From NCBI GenBank assembly GCA_902766545.1, contig CACXEC010000053.1, positions 1 through 32,232 on the forward strand: a stretch of DNA of 32,232 nt, written 5' to 3'. Each line of letters begins with the position of its first letter. Position 1 is the first letter of the stretch. The notes below the pieces were generated by a model. The model was not told where the DNA came from, searched no databases, and saw only the letters and a list, made by a program, of their open reading frames with translations. Shown in pieces: positions 8,015 through 17,098 of the stretch. A program made the position numbers and the translations under genes. The stretch comes from an uncultured Erysipelotrichaceae bacterium (GTDB lineage: Bacteria; Bacillota_I; Bacilli_A; RF39; UBA660).

Positions 8015-9943
8015 ATGAGAAACAAGGGAATAATATTAATCATTTTTGTTAATTTAATTGTTTTTATAAGAGTATGTTCATTAAATATTAATAATAAATA
8101 TATATTATCAGATAATATTTTTGAAGGATTAACCGCTCCTCGTGGAAGAATTCTTGATATTAAAGGTAATATTTTAGTTGATAATATTGGGGTAAAAAGT
8201 TTAATATTTAATCATTTAAATGTCAGTAATAATGAAGTAATTGAAATAAGTAAAATATTAAATGATATTATAGATATTAAAATAAATATTGATGATTATA
8301 ATTATAGGTATTATTACTATGTATTAAATAAAAATAAAATTGACAATTTAGTTTCTTCTTCAATGTTAAAAAAATATGAGGAAAGAAAATTATCATCTAA
8401 AGAATTACTTAATTATAAACTTAGTCTTATAACTGATAAAGAACTTAATAAGATAAGTAAAAAAGAAGCTTATATTTATTATTTACTAACTAATGGATAT
8501 AGTTATGATGATAAAATAATTAAAAAGAATTTAACCGATGAAGAATACATAGAAATTAATAAATTATCTTTACCAGGAATAAGAACTGATATTACATGGG
8601 AAAGAATATATCCATATGGGAGTACTTTAAGAGATGTTTTTGGTAGTGTATCATCATACTCTGAAGGTATCCCTTTTGAACTTAAAGATTATTATTTAAA
8701 TAAGGGATATAAGTTAAATGATAGAGTAGGTATTAATAATTTAGAGTATATTTATGATGATTATTTAAAAGGACAAAAAGCTAAATATAAGCTTATAAAT
8801 AACAAACTAATTAATATTAAAGATGAAGAAAAAGGTAAAGATTTAGTTTTAAGTATTGATATTAATATGCAACAAGAAATAGAAAAAATAATAGAAGAAG
8901 AGATGATTAAAGCTAAAAAAGAATATAATACTAAGTATTATGATTCATCATATATGGTTATTAGTAATCCAAATACAGGAGAAATTATATCTTTAATTGG
9001 TAAAAAGATTAATAAAGATAGTACTTTTAGTGATTATAGTTATTATAATGCGATTTCTTCTTTTACTATTGGAAGTGCAGTTAAAGGAGCATCTATTTCT
9101 GTTGGATATAAATATAATATAATTAATGAAAATACTAAAGTTAAAGATGGATGTGTTAGGTTAAGTAATCAAAATCCTAAATGCTCCTGGAAAACTTTAG
9201 GGTCTTTAAATGATATTGAAGCACTTCGCATGAGTAGTAATTATTTTCAATATTTAATCGCGATTGGTTTAACTGGTAATAAATATAAATCAGGGATAAA
9301 ATTAAATTGTAATAGTGATCATTTTAGTATGTATAGAGATATATTTGCATCTTACGGATTGGGCGTTAAGACGGGAATAGATTTATCAAATGAAAGTACT
9401 GGTCAAAAGGGAAGTACTGTAAGTGATGATTTACTTCTTAACTATTCTATTGGACAATATGATACATATACACCTCTAGAGCTTTCACAGTATATTAATA
9501 CTATTGCAACTGGCAATAGAACAAAGTTATCTTTACTAAAATATGTTTTAAATAACGACGGAAGTATTTACTATGAAAATAAGAATAAAGTTTATAATAA
9601 TGCTCCAATTGATGAATATTATTTAAATAGAATTAGAGAAGGATTTAAAGCAGTAAACAAAAGTGGTACAGGGTATTCTTACACTAATCACAAGTTTAAT
9701 TCAGCTGGAAAAACTGGAACTGCAGAGTCATTCTTAGATACTAATTTAGACGGACAAATAGATACAAAAACGGTTTCAACTTCATATATAATGTATGCTC
9801 CATACGATAATCCATTATTTTCCATGATTATAGTAAGTCCGCATATTAAGTATAAGAATAAAGTAAGTGATTATAAATACCCAATAAATGCTAAAATTAT
9901 GAAAAGAGCTAGTAGCCTAGTTTATGAAACTTTAACAAAATAA
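8015..9943 (+). CDS. Class B penicillin-binding protein (PBP2-type transpeptidase)
   Basis: 642 aa with an N-terminal TM anchor. Transpeptidase motifs appear in the correct order: SxxK (GSAVKG), SxN (SSN in RMSSNYF), KTG (AGKTGTAE). No clear SD precedes the ATG. Confidence 0.85.
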   Translation: MRNKGIILIIFVNLIVFIRVCSLNINNKYILSDNIFEGLTAPRGRILDIKGNILVDNIGVKSLIFNHLNVSNNEVIEISKILNDIIDIKINIDDYNYRYYYYVLNKNKIDNLVSSSMLKKYEERKLSSKELLNYKLSLITDKELNKISKKEAYIYYLLTNGYSYDDKIIKKNLTDEEYIEINKLSLPGIRTDITWERIYPYGSTLRDVFGSVSSYSEGIPFELKDYYLNKGYKLNDRVGINNLEYIYDDYLKGQKAKYKLINNKLINIKDEEKGKDLVLSIDINMQQEIEKIIEEEMIKAKKEYNTKYYDSSYMVISNPNTGEIISLIGKKINKDSTFSDYSYYNAISSFTIGSAVKGASISVGYKYNIINENTKVKDGCVRLSNQNPKCSWKTLGSLNDIEALRMSSNYFQYLIAIGLTGNKYKSGIKLNCNSDHFSMYRDIFASYGLGVKTGIDLSNESTGQKGSTVSDDLLLNYSIGQYDTYTPLELSQYINTIATGNRTKLSLLKYVLNNDGSIYYENKNKVYNNAPIDEYYLNRIREGFKAVNKSGTGYSYTNHKFNSAGKTGTAESFLDTNLDGQIDTKTVSTSYIMYAPYDNPLFSMIIVSPHIKYKNKVSDYKYPINAKIMKRASSLVYETLTK

Positions 9944-9963
9944 AAACCATCAAATGATGATTT

Positions 9964-10836
9964 TTATTTTAATGTAAACGGTTTAGGATCTAATGAATAT
10001 GTAGAATAGTCAATTTCACGTCTATATGGCTCATCTAATAGTAGTTTTAATTCTTCTGCTTTTCTAGTTAAATCTTCAATTTCATCAGTTGATATTAATT
10101 TATGTGAACTACGATCTACCGTAAAACCTCTAGCACGAAGTAACATTTCAATTATGGATGGGCTTAAAGTAGTAAAACCATTTGCGTTATTAATGCCAAG
10201 ATATTTACTACTTATACCAAAATTAAAAGGAACTTCTCCTAAACTTATGAAATGATCTATTAATATGTTAATTTTATCTATTAATGATTTTAAGTAATCA
10301 TCAATACTAGGTATTTTTAATCCAAGTTCTAATGCATGTAAATAAATACCAGCATATTTGTTAATATTATCTTTTAGAAATTTAAGATAGGAAAGTAAGT
10401 TTAAATAATCATTTTGATTATCATTTGCATAAAATTTTCCATTAATTACTGGTTCAGTTGAATGACCATGATTAGATTCTTCAAATACGACTCTATTTCC
10501 TAAATCCATTATTTGTTTACGAGAATATAAATTAAAAGGATATGGTAAATACAATGGCATTTGATATTTTTTAAAAGCATGTTGAGACTGAGTTTCTTTA
10601 CCTTCTTCGCTATAACAAGCACCGTACATAGCGTCAATAATATTATAATTTTTATCTAATAATACTAAAAAATCTTGATCGTATGTTGTTAAACATATAG
10701 TATTTTCATAAACATTAAATGCACTAATCCAAGATAAACCTAATTCCACGCATGCATGCCTAAATTTCTCATCATTTGTTATTTCAATTCTTTTTTCTGA
10801 CATATTGGTATTATTTTTTTCCATTTTAACCTCCAA
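9964..10836 (-). CDS. Hypothetical cytoplasmic protein, no recognisable family
   Basis: 290-aa ORF, one of only two coding ORFs on the minus strand (with 7718..7963). It has normal non-low-complexity composition and no TM or signal sequence. Alternative starts exist at the downstream in-frame Met residues (MEKNN, MSEKR). Confidence 0.55.
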   Translation of the reverse strand: MEVKMEKNNTNMSEKRIEITNDEKFRHACVELGLSWISAFNVYENTICLTTYDQDFLVLLDKNYNIIDAMYGACYSEEGKETQSQHAFKKYQMPLYLPYPFNLYSRKQIMDLGNRVVFEESNHGHSTEPVINGKFYANDNQNDYLNLLSYLKFLKDNINKYAGIYLHALELGLKIPSIDDYLKSLIDKINILIDHFISLGEVPFNFGISSKYLGINNANGFTTLSPSIIEMLLRARGFTVDRSSHKLISTDEIEDLTRKAEELKLLLDEPYRREIDYSTYSLDPKPFTLK

Positions 10837-10913
10837 TTAATTGTGATTTATCTTATCATTATTATTTTTTTAAGTCAATAAATCTATTGATTAAAATTAC
10901 TAAATATTAGGTA

Positions 10914-10943
10914 TTGATTAAGTTTTATTTAATATGATATAAT
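10914..10943 (+). promoter_or_regulatory. Sigma-A promoter for rpmG-efp
   Basis: TTGATT (10914-10919), 18-nt spacer that includes TG at -15/-14, TATAAT (10938-10943). Confidence 0.65.
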
Positions 10944-10971
10944 ACCTATGTTTGAAGAGGAGGAAATATAA

Positions 10972-11139
10972 ATGGCTAAAAAGAATGAAAATCGTGAAAG
11001 AATTGAATTAAAATGTTCAGTATGTGGTAATTTTATTAGACCAACTGAAAAAAATAAAGCTAACACTCCAGATAAGTTAGAAATTAAAAAGTTCTGTAAA
11101 ACTTGCGGAAAAGTTCAAGTATTTAAAGAAAAGAAATAG
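10972..11139 (+). CDS. rpmG: 50S ribosomal protein L33 (zinc-ribbon C+ form)
   Basis: Not in the ORF track because it is only 55 aa. Hand translation: MAKKNENRERIELKCSVCGNFIRPTEKNKANTPDKLEIKKFCKTCGKVQVFKEKK. It matches the L33 pattern (CxxC...NP/TPDKLE.KK.C..C......E.K). Strong SD gaggagg precedes it. Confidence 0.9.
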   Translation: MAKKNENRERIELKCSVCGNFIRPTEKNKANTPDKLEIKKFCKTCGKVQVFKEKK

Positions 11140-11150
11140 GAAGGTAAACT

Positions 11151-11711
11151 ATGAACGTTAATATAAATGATATTAAAAATGGTATGACTTTAATCTTAGA
11201 TGGTAAATTAGTTATGATTGTTGACTTTCAACATGTTAAACCAGGTAAAGGTCCTGCTTTCGTTAGAATTAAATATCGTGATTTAAAAACTGGTTCTACT
11301 ATTGAAGATACTTTTAATACCAATTTAAAACTAGAAAAAGCTCATGTTGATAAACTTCCTATGCAGTTTCTATATAAAGATGGATCTAATTATGTCTTTA
11401 TGAATACAGAAGATTATTCTCAAATGGAAGTTGATGAAAGTGTAGTTGGCGATAATGCTAAATTCTTAAAAGAAGGTTTAGAAATTCAAATCCAAATGTA
11501 TAATGGTACTATTTTAGGTTTAGTTCTTCCTGAAAAAGTTGAATATGAAATTATTGAGACTACTGATGCAGTTAAAGGTAATACTACTAATAATGCCCAA
11601 AAAGATGCTACTATTGAAACTGGATATACTATAAAAGTTCCAATGTTTATATCTCAAGGAGAAAAAATTATAGTAACTACTGCTGATGGTAAATACTCAT
11701 CTAGAGCTTAA
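11151..11711 (+). CDS. efp: Elongation factor P
   Basis: 186 aa. The canonical EF-P N-terminus is DIKNGMTLILDGKLVMIVDFQHVKPGKGPAFVRIKYRDLKTGS. SD aggaagg. Confidence 0.95.
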   Translation: MNVNINDIKNGMTLILDGKLVMIVDFQHVKPGKGPAFVRIKYRDLKTGSTIEDTFNTNLKLEKAHVDKLPMQFLYKDGSNYVFMNTEDYSQMEVDESVVGDNAKFLKEGLEIQIQMYNGTILGLVLPEKVEYEIIETTDAVKGNTTNNAQKDATIETGYTIKVPMFISQGEKIIVTTADGKYSSRA

Positions 11712-11723
11712 ATAAATTTATAA

Positions 11724-11753
11724 ATATAGATAAAATATTATCTATATTTTTTT
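11724..11753 (+). terminator. Rho-independent terminator after efp
   Basis: Perfect 9-bp stem atatagata (11724-11732) / tatctatat (11739-11747) plus a T7 run. Confidence 0.7.
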
Positions 11754-11786
11754 ATGCTATGATATAATAATTATTGTGGTGAAAAT

Positions 11787-13229
11787 ATGAAATATGATTT
11801 AATTGTAATTGGCATGGGACCTAGTGCAGTGTTTTTAGCCTATGAACTAATACAAAAGAATAAAGCTAAAAATGTTTTATTAATTGATCAAGGTAAGAGT
11901 GTTGAAAACAGATATTGTCCAATGGAAAAAGCCGGAAAATGTTTAAAATGTAAACCATATTGTAATATAACATGTGGTTTTTCAGGTGCTGGTGCTTTTT
12001 CTGATGGTAAACTTAATTCATATCATTTATCATCAAGAGATAAAGATGGAAAAATATATTTAGGTGGTAATGGTGGAGGATATTTTAGAGAATATTACTC
12101 AGAAGATGAATTAAATGAATTATTAACTTATACCGATAATATTTATTTAAAATTTGGCGCTGATCCTAAGCTTAAAGGAACTGAACATATCGAAGAAATA
12201 AAGAAATTACAAGAAAAAGCATTCAAGAATAATTTAAACTTGGTATCTTTTCCAATTAGACATCTAGGAACGGAAAAAGCTCATATATTATATGGAGAAA
12301 TTGAAAAATACTTAAAAGAGCATAATATTAATATGATGTTTGAAACTGAAGTAAAAGATTTAATAATAAAAAATAATACTATCAAAGGCGTTAAAGTTCA
12401 TCATATTAAAGAAAATATAGATGAAGAACTATTAAGTGATAAAGTTGTTATTGCTGTTGGTAGAAAAGGAGCATCATGGCTTAGTGAAATGTGTGAAAAA
12501 CATAACATAGCTACCAAAATAGGTAGTGTTGATATTGGAATTCGTTATGAGCTTCCAAATAAAGTAATGGCAAAGATTAATGAATATATGTATGAAGGAA
12601 AGTTTATAGGAAGACCATACCCATATGGTGATAAGGTAAGAACATTCTGTCAAAATCCAAGTGTATTTGTATCCGCTGAAGTTTATGATAATGGACTTAC
12701 TTTAGTAAATGGTCACTCATATAAAGATCGTAAAAGTGAAAATACTAACTTAGCTATTTTAGTATCTCACAACTTTACTTATCCATTTGATAAACCAATT
12801 GAATATGGTGAAAATGTAGCTCAAAACTTAAATAGGTTAGGTGGAAATGCTATAATGGTTCAAAGACTTGGCGATATATATCGTGGAAGACGTACATGGG
12901 AAGAAGATTTAAAAAATAATTCTGTTCGTCCTACCTTAAAAGGTGCTGTAGCTGGAGATTTAACATATGGTTTAGGTTATCGTACTATGACCGATATTTT
13001 GCAGTTTATTAAAGATGTCGATAAAGTAGTAGAAGGTTTTGCTAATCCAGATAATTTATTATATGGACCTGAAATAAAATTTTATAGTAATGAAATTATT
13101 TTAGATAAAGACTTTATGACAAGTATAAAAGGATTATATTCTATTGGTGATGGTGGAGGCCTTACAACTGGACTTATGATGGCATCATGCTCAGGCGTCC
13201 AAATGGCTAGAATTCTATGCAAAAAGTAG
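11787..13229 (+). CDS. FAD-dependent oxidoreductase (COG2509-type uncharacterised dehydrogenase)
   Basis: 480 aa. N-terminal dinucleotide-binding motif YDLIVIGMGPSAVFLAYEL and C-terminal GDGGGLTTGLMMASCSG, typical of this family. An extended -10 tgatataat lies at 11760-11768. Confidence 0.75.
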   Translation: MKYDLIVIGMGPSAVFLAYELIQKNKAKNVLLIDQGKSVENRYCPMEKAGKCLKCKPYCNITCGFSGAGAFSDGKLNSYHLSSRDKDGKIYLGGNGGGYFREYYSEDELNELLTYTDNIYLKFGADPKLKGTEHIEEIKKLQEKAFKNNLNLVSFPIRHLGTEKAHILYGEIEKYLKEHNINMMFETEVKDLIIKNNTIKGVKVHHIKENIDEELLSDKVVIAVGRKGASWLSEMCEKHNIATKIGSVDIGIRYELPNKVMAKINEYMYEGKFIGRPYPYGDKVRTFCQNPSVFVSAEVYDNGLTLVNGHSYKDRKSENTNLAILVSHNFTYPFDKPIEYGENVAQNLNRLGGNAIMVQRLGDIYRGRRTWEEDLKNNSVRPTLKGAVAGDLTYGLGYRTMTDILQFIKDVDKVVEGFANPDNLLYGPEIKFYSNEIILDKDFMTSIKGLYSIGDGGGLTTGLMMASCSGVQMARILCKK

Positions 13230-13250
13230 TATGATAAACTACTTTTTTTG
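13221..13250 (+). terminator. Rho-independent terminator
   Basis: 10-bp stem aaaaagtagt (13221-13230, including the stop codon) / actacttttt (13238-13247), 7-nt loop, T run. Confidence 0.7.
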
Positions 13251-13252
13251 TG

Positions 13253-13281
13253 TTGAAAAAGAAGAGCATTTGATTTATAAT
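13253..13281 (+). promoter_or_regulatory. Sigma-A promoter of the Tad-like operon
   Basis: TTGAAA (13253-13258), 17-nt spacer, TATAAT (13276-13281). SD taggag then precedes the ATG at 13316. Confidence 0.7.
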
Positions 13282-13315
13282 TAAATAGAATAGATAAGTA
13301 TGTATAGGAGAATAT

Positions 13316-13663
13316 ATGAATAAGAAAGGGCAAGCTTTAGTTGAATTTATCATTATTATTCCAATAGTTGTTTTTATGATTCTTGCTATTATTGATTTCA
13401 TGATGATATTTAGTAATAAAAACAAATTGGAAAGTAAAATGAATGATGTTATCGTATTATATAAAAAAGATAAAACTTCAATGGATATAATTGATTATTT
13501 AAATAAAGATTTAAAGGGCGTAACTTATTCATCTAAAAGTGATAATAAATATACTTATCTTGAAATTAAAATGAATTATAGTTTTGTAACTCCGGGAATG
13601 GATAAGATTCTTGGTAAAAAATATGAGATTAAATGTGAAAGAGTGATTTTAAATGAACAGTAA
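13316..13663 (+). CDS. TadE-like pseudopilin
   Basis: 115 aa. N-terminus MNKKG|QALVEFIIIIPIVVFMILAIIDF matches the TadE-type signature G-x3-VEF plus a hydrophobic helix (Glu+5). First gene of the Tad operon. Confidence 0.75.
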   Translation: MNKKGQALVEFIIIIPIVVFMILAIIDFMMIFSNKNKLESKMNDVIVLYKKDKTSMDIIDYLNKDLKGVTYSSKSDNKYTYLEIKMNYSFVTPGMDKILGKKYEIKCERVILNEQ

Positions 13664-14039
13664 AGGTCAAAGTTCTTCAATATTTATCATAATTATTCCT
13701 ATTATTATTGTTGCTTTAGCGTTTATTTATGATAATGCTATGATGGTTGTAACAACTAATAGATATAAATCAGTTACTAAAGATATTATTAAAGAAGTAT
13801 TAGTAAATAGTTATGATGATAAAGAAACTATTGTTAAAGATTTATTTGAAAAAAATAAGTATGAAACAGAACAGTTATCAGTTGAATACGATGGTACTAA
13901 TTTAAAAGTATATAATATTCACTCTTATCCAAGCATCTTTGGTATTGTTTTTGGTGTCAAAAAGTATCGAGCAGAAGTATATTTATCTGGACACTTAGAG
14001 AATAACGAAGTTGTTATTGAAGAAGTAGAAGAGGATTAA
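13653..14039 (+). CDS. TadE/TadG-like pilus assembly protein
   Basis: 128 aa. MNSKGQSSSIFIIIIPIIIVALAFIYDNAMMV resembles the TadE/G-like N-terminal helix, but there is no Glu+5. Overlaps the upstream gene by 11 nt. Confidence 0.6.
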   Translation: MNSKGQSSSIFIIIIPIIIVALAFIYDNAMMVVTTNRYKSVTKDIIKEVLVNSYDDKETIVKDLFEKNKYETEQLSVEYDGTNLKVYNIHSYPSIFGIVFGVKKYRAEVYLSGHLENNEVVIEEVEED

Positions 14040-14040
14040 T

Positions 14041-14790
14041 ATGGCAAAGGGGAAAGTTGTTTGCATTTATGGTGCAAAAGGTGGTATTGGCAAAAGTACA
14101 TTTACATTAAATTTAGCTGGAGTTATATCTAATATAAAAAAGAAAGTACTTATTTTAGATTTTGACTTATCTAATGGAGCAATTGCTTGTTCTTTAAATT
14201 CAAATATTAATAAAACCATATTTAACTTTTGTGAAGACTATGCTAATAATCGCTTTAGTGATATGGAAAATTATATAAATAGTTACAATGAGAATATTGA
14301 TTTTATATCAAGCCCTAAAGATCCTAGACAAGCAAATAAAATTGATATAAAACTCTTAGATGTTTTAATTGACAAATGCGCATATAAATATGATTGTATT
14401 TTAATTGATACATCATATGTCTTAGATGAGGTAAATGTCTTTGCTTTAGATAAGAGTGATAATATTTTGTTTATGACTACTAATGATATAGTAGCGCTAA
14501 AGAATTTAAAAAACGTTTTAAATATAATGAATGATAATGATTTTAAAAATTATAAAATAATACTTAATAATAGTGTTTATCCTAGTAAAGATTACTTTTC
14601 TTTATTCGATCTTAAAAGTATTTTAAATAATAATATTGATTATATAATTAGTTCATCATTTTATTATAAAAAAATGGATAATTTAATTATTAATGGAGAA
14701 ATAGCCACTTTAAAGTATAATAATTTTAATGATTACAAGATATTTGAGCTTATTGCTAATGATGTTTTAAAGGAGGGTAAAGATGAGTAA
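14041..14790 (+). CDS. ParA/MinD-family ATPase, TadZ/CpaE-like (no receiver domain)
   Basis: 249 aa. Deviant Walker A GAKGGIGKST is present, and it sits immediately upstream of the CpaF-type ATPase, as TadZ/CpaE does. Confidence 0.75.
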   Translation: MAKGKVVCIYGAKGGIGKSTFTLNLAGVISNIKKKVLILDFDLSNGAIACSLNSNINKTIFNFCEDYANNRFSDMENYINSYNENIDFISSPKDPRQANKIDIKLLDVLIDKCAYKYDCILIDTSYVLDEVNVFALDKSDNILFMTTNDIVALKNLKNVLNIMNDNDFKNYKIILNNSVYPSKDYFSLFDLKSILNNNIDYIISSSFYYKKMDNLIINGEIATLKYNNFNDYKIFELIANDVLKEGKDE

Positions 14791-16102
14791 GTCACTAATT
14801 GAAGATTTTGATTTTAAAACTAAAAAATCTTCTGAAATTAAAAATGATTACGATGTTTTTCCTGATAAAAAACTATTAGATGAACTAAGAAAAAAGATTA
14901 TTGAGCATTTAATTGATCAAGAGCTTCCTGAAAATAAAGATTTAAATGAATTTATTAATGAAAATATTGATGAATGCTTAGAAGGTTATGATTTAACAAA
15001 TTTAGAACGTAGTCATATATTTAATTTAATAGATGATGAAATTAATGGGTATGGTCCCATTAGTGAACTATTAAATGATAGTAATATTACAGAAATAATG
15101 GTTAATGGGCCTAAAGATGTTTATGTAGAAATAGAAGGAAAACTAATTAAAGATAATTCGATTTCTTTTATTAATGATGAACACATTATTAGAACGATGC
15201 AAAGATTAATTCAGCCTCTTGGTCGTACAATAGATTCTTCTAACCCTATGGTTGATTCAAGACTTGCTGATGGTTCAAGAATTAATGCTGTAATACCTCC
15301 TCTTAGTGTTAAGGGGCCAGTTATTACAATTCGTAAGTTTAAAAGAAATATGACTAGTATTGATGATTTACTTAGAGTTGGTTCCCTAACTGCTGAAATG
15401 GCAACATTTTTAGAGGGCGCTGTAAAGGGTAAATTAAATATAATTGTTTGCGGAGGAACTGGTAGTGGTAAAACAACTCTATTAAATATTTTAAGTAGCT
15501 TTATAGGAAATGATGAACGTATTATTACTATTGAGGATGCTGCCGAATTAAAACTTGAACAAGAACATGTTATAAGTTTAGAAACAAGAACTGTAAATTA
15601 TAACAATGGTAGTGAAGTATCTGTACGTGACTTAGTAATTAATGCCCTTCGTATGAGACCCGATCGTATTGTTGTTGGAGAATGCCGTGGAAAAGAGGCT
15701 TTTGATATGCTTCAAGCTATGAACACTGGTCATGATGGATCTCTTACAACTCTTCATGCTAATGGACCGATGGATGCTTTAAATAGATTAGAAACAATGG
15801 TTTTAATGAGCGGTATTGATATTCCAATCATGGCAATTCGTGAATATATTGAAAATGCAATTGACTTAGTTATAAATATTCAAAGAATGCATGATGGAAA
15901 AAGAAAAATAGTAAGCATTAGTGAAGTAGTTGGTATTGATAATGGTATGATAAAACTATCACCAATATTTGAATTTGTTCAAAAAGGATTAACTTCATCT
16001 GGAGAAGAAGATGGAGAATATCAAAAATGTGCTAAAAAACCATTTATTTATGAAAGATTAAAATCAAGAGGAATAACTGAAATAGAAAAAATTTTTAAAT
16101 AA
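14783..16102 (+). CDS. tadA: CpaF/TadA-family type IV pilus (type IVc) secretion ATPase
   Basis: 439 aa. Walker A GGTGSGKTT, Walker B/Asp box PDRIVVGECRG, His box GHDGSLTTLHAN. N-terminal ITEIMVNGP is typical of VirB11/CpaF ATPases. Confidence 0.9.
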   Translation: MSKSLIEDFDFKTKKSSEIKNDYDVFPDKKLLDELRKKIIEHLIDQELPENKDLNEFINENIDECLEGYDLTNLERSHIFNLIDDEINGYGPISELLNDSNITEIMVNGPKDVYVEIEGKLIKDNSISFINDEHIIRTMQRLIQPLGRTIDSSNPMVDSRLADGSRINAVIPPLSVKGPVITIRKFKRNMTSIDDLLRVGSLTAEMATFLEGAVKGKLNIIVCGGTGSGKTTLLNILSSFIGNDERIITIEDAAELKLEQEHVISLETRTVNYNNGSEVSVRDLVINALRMRPDRIVVGECRGKEAFDMLQAMNTGHDGSLTTLHANGPMDALNRLETMVLMSGIDIPIMAIREYIENAIDLVINIQRMHDGKRKIVSISEVVGIDNGMIKLSPIFEFVQKGLTSSGEEDGEYQKCAKKPFIYERLKSRGITEIEKIFK

Positions 16103-16120
16103 TAACGAAAGGAGGTTTAT

Positions 16121-17098
16121 ATGAACAAAATTGCTTTAATTCAAATAACTATTATAATTATAATACTTATTTTGACACTTAGAGTTTTAAGATTATCTAA
16201 GACTTTAAAATATAGTGAAAGAATTGCAAAATATACTGTAAATAAAAATAAAAAAGAAAGCTTATCATTAGGAGATAAATTATTAAATGTTTATATAAAT
16301 TTCCAAAATTCTATTGTAAATATTTTACAAAAATCTGTATATTTTAAAAATAAAGCGATAAAGTATGAAAGATATAGTTATATAGATAGTCCCTTAAAAT
16401 TAATTGCAAATAAATTTTTAATATCATTTTCTTTAGGAGTAGTATATATATTATCATCGTTTATTAATTTAAAATTTGATATTTTTATATTATTACTAGT
16501 AATGGTTATAGGGTATTTTATTTATAATATATACTTAATAATAGATGAAAAGAAACGTAATAAAAATATTCAAAATGATTTATCAAAGGCTATTATTATT
16601 ATGAATAATGCTTTTAAATCAGGATATAATATAACTCAAGCAATTGATTTTGTATCAAAAGATTTAAATGGCCCAATTAGTGAAGAATTTAAAAAAATCA
16701 GTAGTGATTTAAAATACGGGTTAGAGATTAAAGACGTTTTTGCCCGTTTCTATAGTAGGGTTAGAATTGAAGATGCTTTAATATTAACTAGTAGTTTAAG
16801 TTTGTTAAATATTACGGGAGGAAATTTAATTGGCATTTTTAGTTCTATTGAAAAGTCATTTACAAACCGTAAACGTTTAAGAGATGAACTAAATGCCATG
16901 ACTAGTAGTAGTAAGTTAGTATTTTATATATTATTAATTATGCCATTTATTATCATTTCAATGTTATTATTTTTAAATCCTGAGTATTACAGTCCAATAG
17001 TTCATAATCCCCTTGGAGTATTAATTTGCATATTAGCAACGATTCTTTATATCTCATATATTGCTATTATTAGAAAGATTCTGAAGGTGGATGCATGA
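16121..17098 (+). CDS. tadB: Type II secretion system F-domain platform protein, TadB-like
   Basis: 325 aa polytopic membrane protein with a cytoplasmic T2SSF-like segment (IIMNNAFKSGYNITQAIDFVSKDLNGPISEEFKKISSDLKYG). Its position after tadA fits TadB. Confidence 0.75.
   Translation: MNKIALIQITIIIIILILTLRVLRLSKTLKYSERIAKYTVNKNKKESLSLGDKLLNVYINFQNSIVNILQKSVYFKNKAIKYERYSYIDSPLKLIANKFLISFSLGVVYILSSFINLKFDIFILLLVMVIGYFIYNIYLIIDEKKRNKNIQNDLSKAIIIMNNAFKSGYNITQAIDFVSKDLNGPISEEFKKISSDLKYGLEIKDVFARFYSRVRIEDALILTSSLSLLNITGGNLIGIFSSIEKSFTNRKRLRDELNAMTSSSKLVFYILLIMPFIIISMLLFLNPEYYSPIVHNPLGVLICILATILYISYIAIIRKILKVDA

Noticed and set aside
9944-9963. Bidirectional terminator between the PBP gene and the convergent hypothetical gene
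   Set aside because: The hairpin aaaaccat/atgatttt contains a C-A mismatch and is almost entirely A-T, which is too weak to call.
13082-13425. ORFs 13082..13333(-) and 13207..13425(-)
   Set aside because: They run antisense across the 3' end of the FAD oxidoreductase, its terminator, the Tad promoter and the TadE-like start. Their translations are low-complexity I/F-rich.
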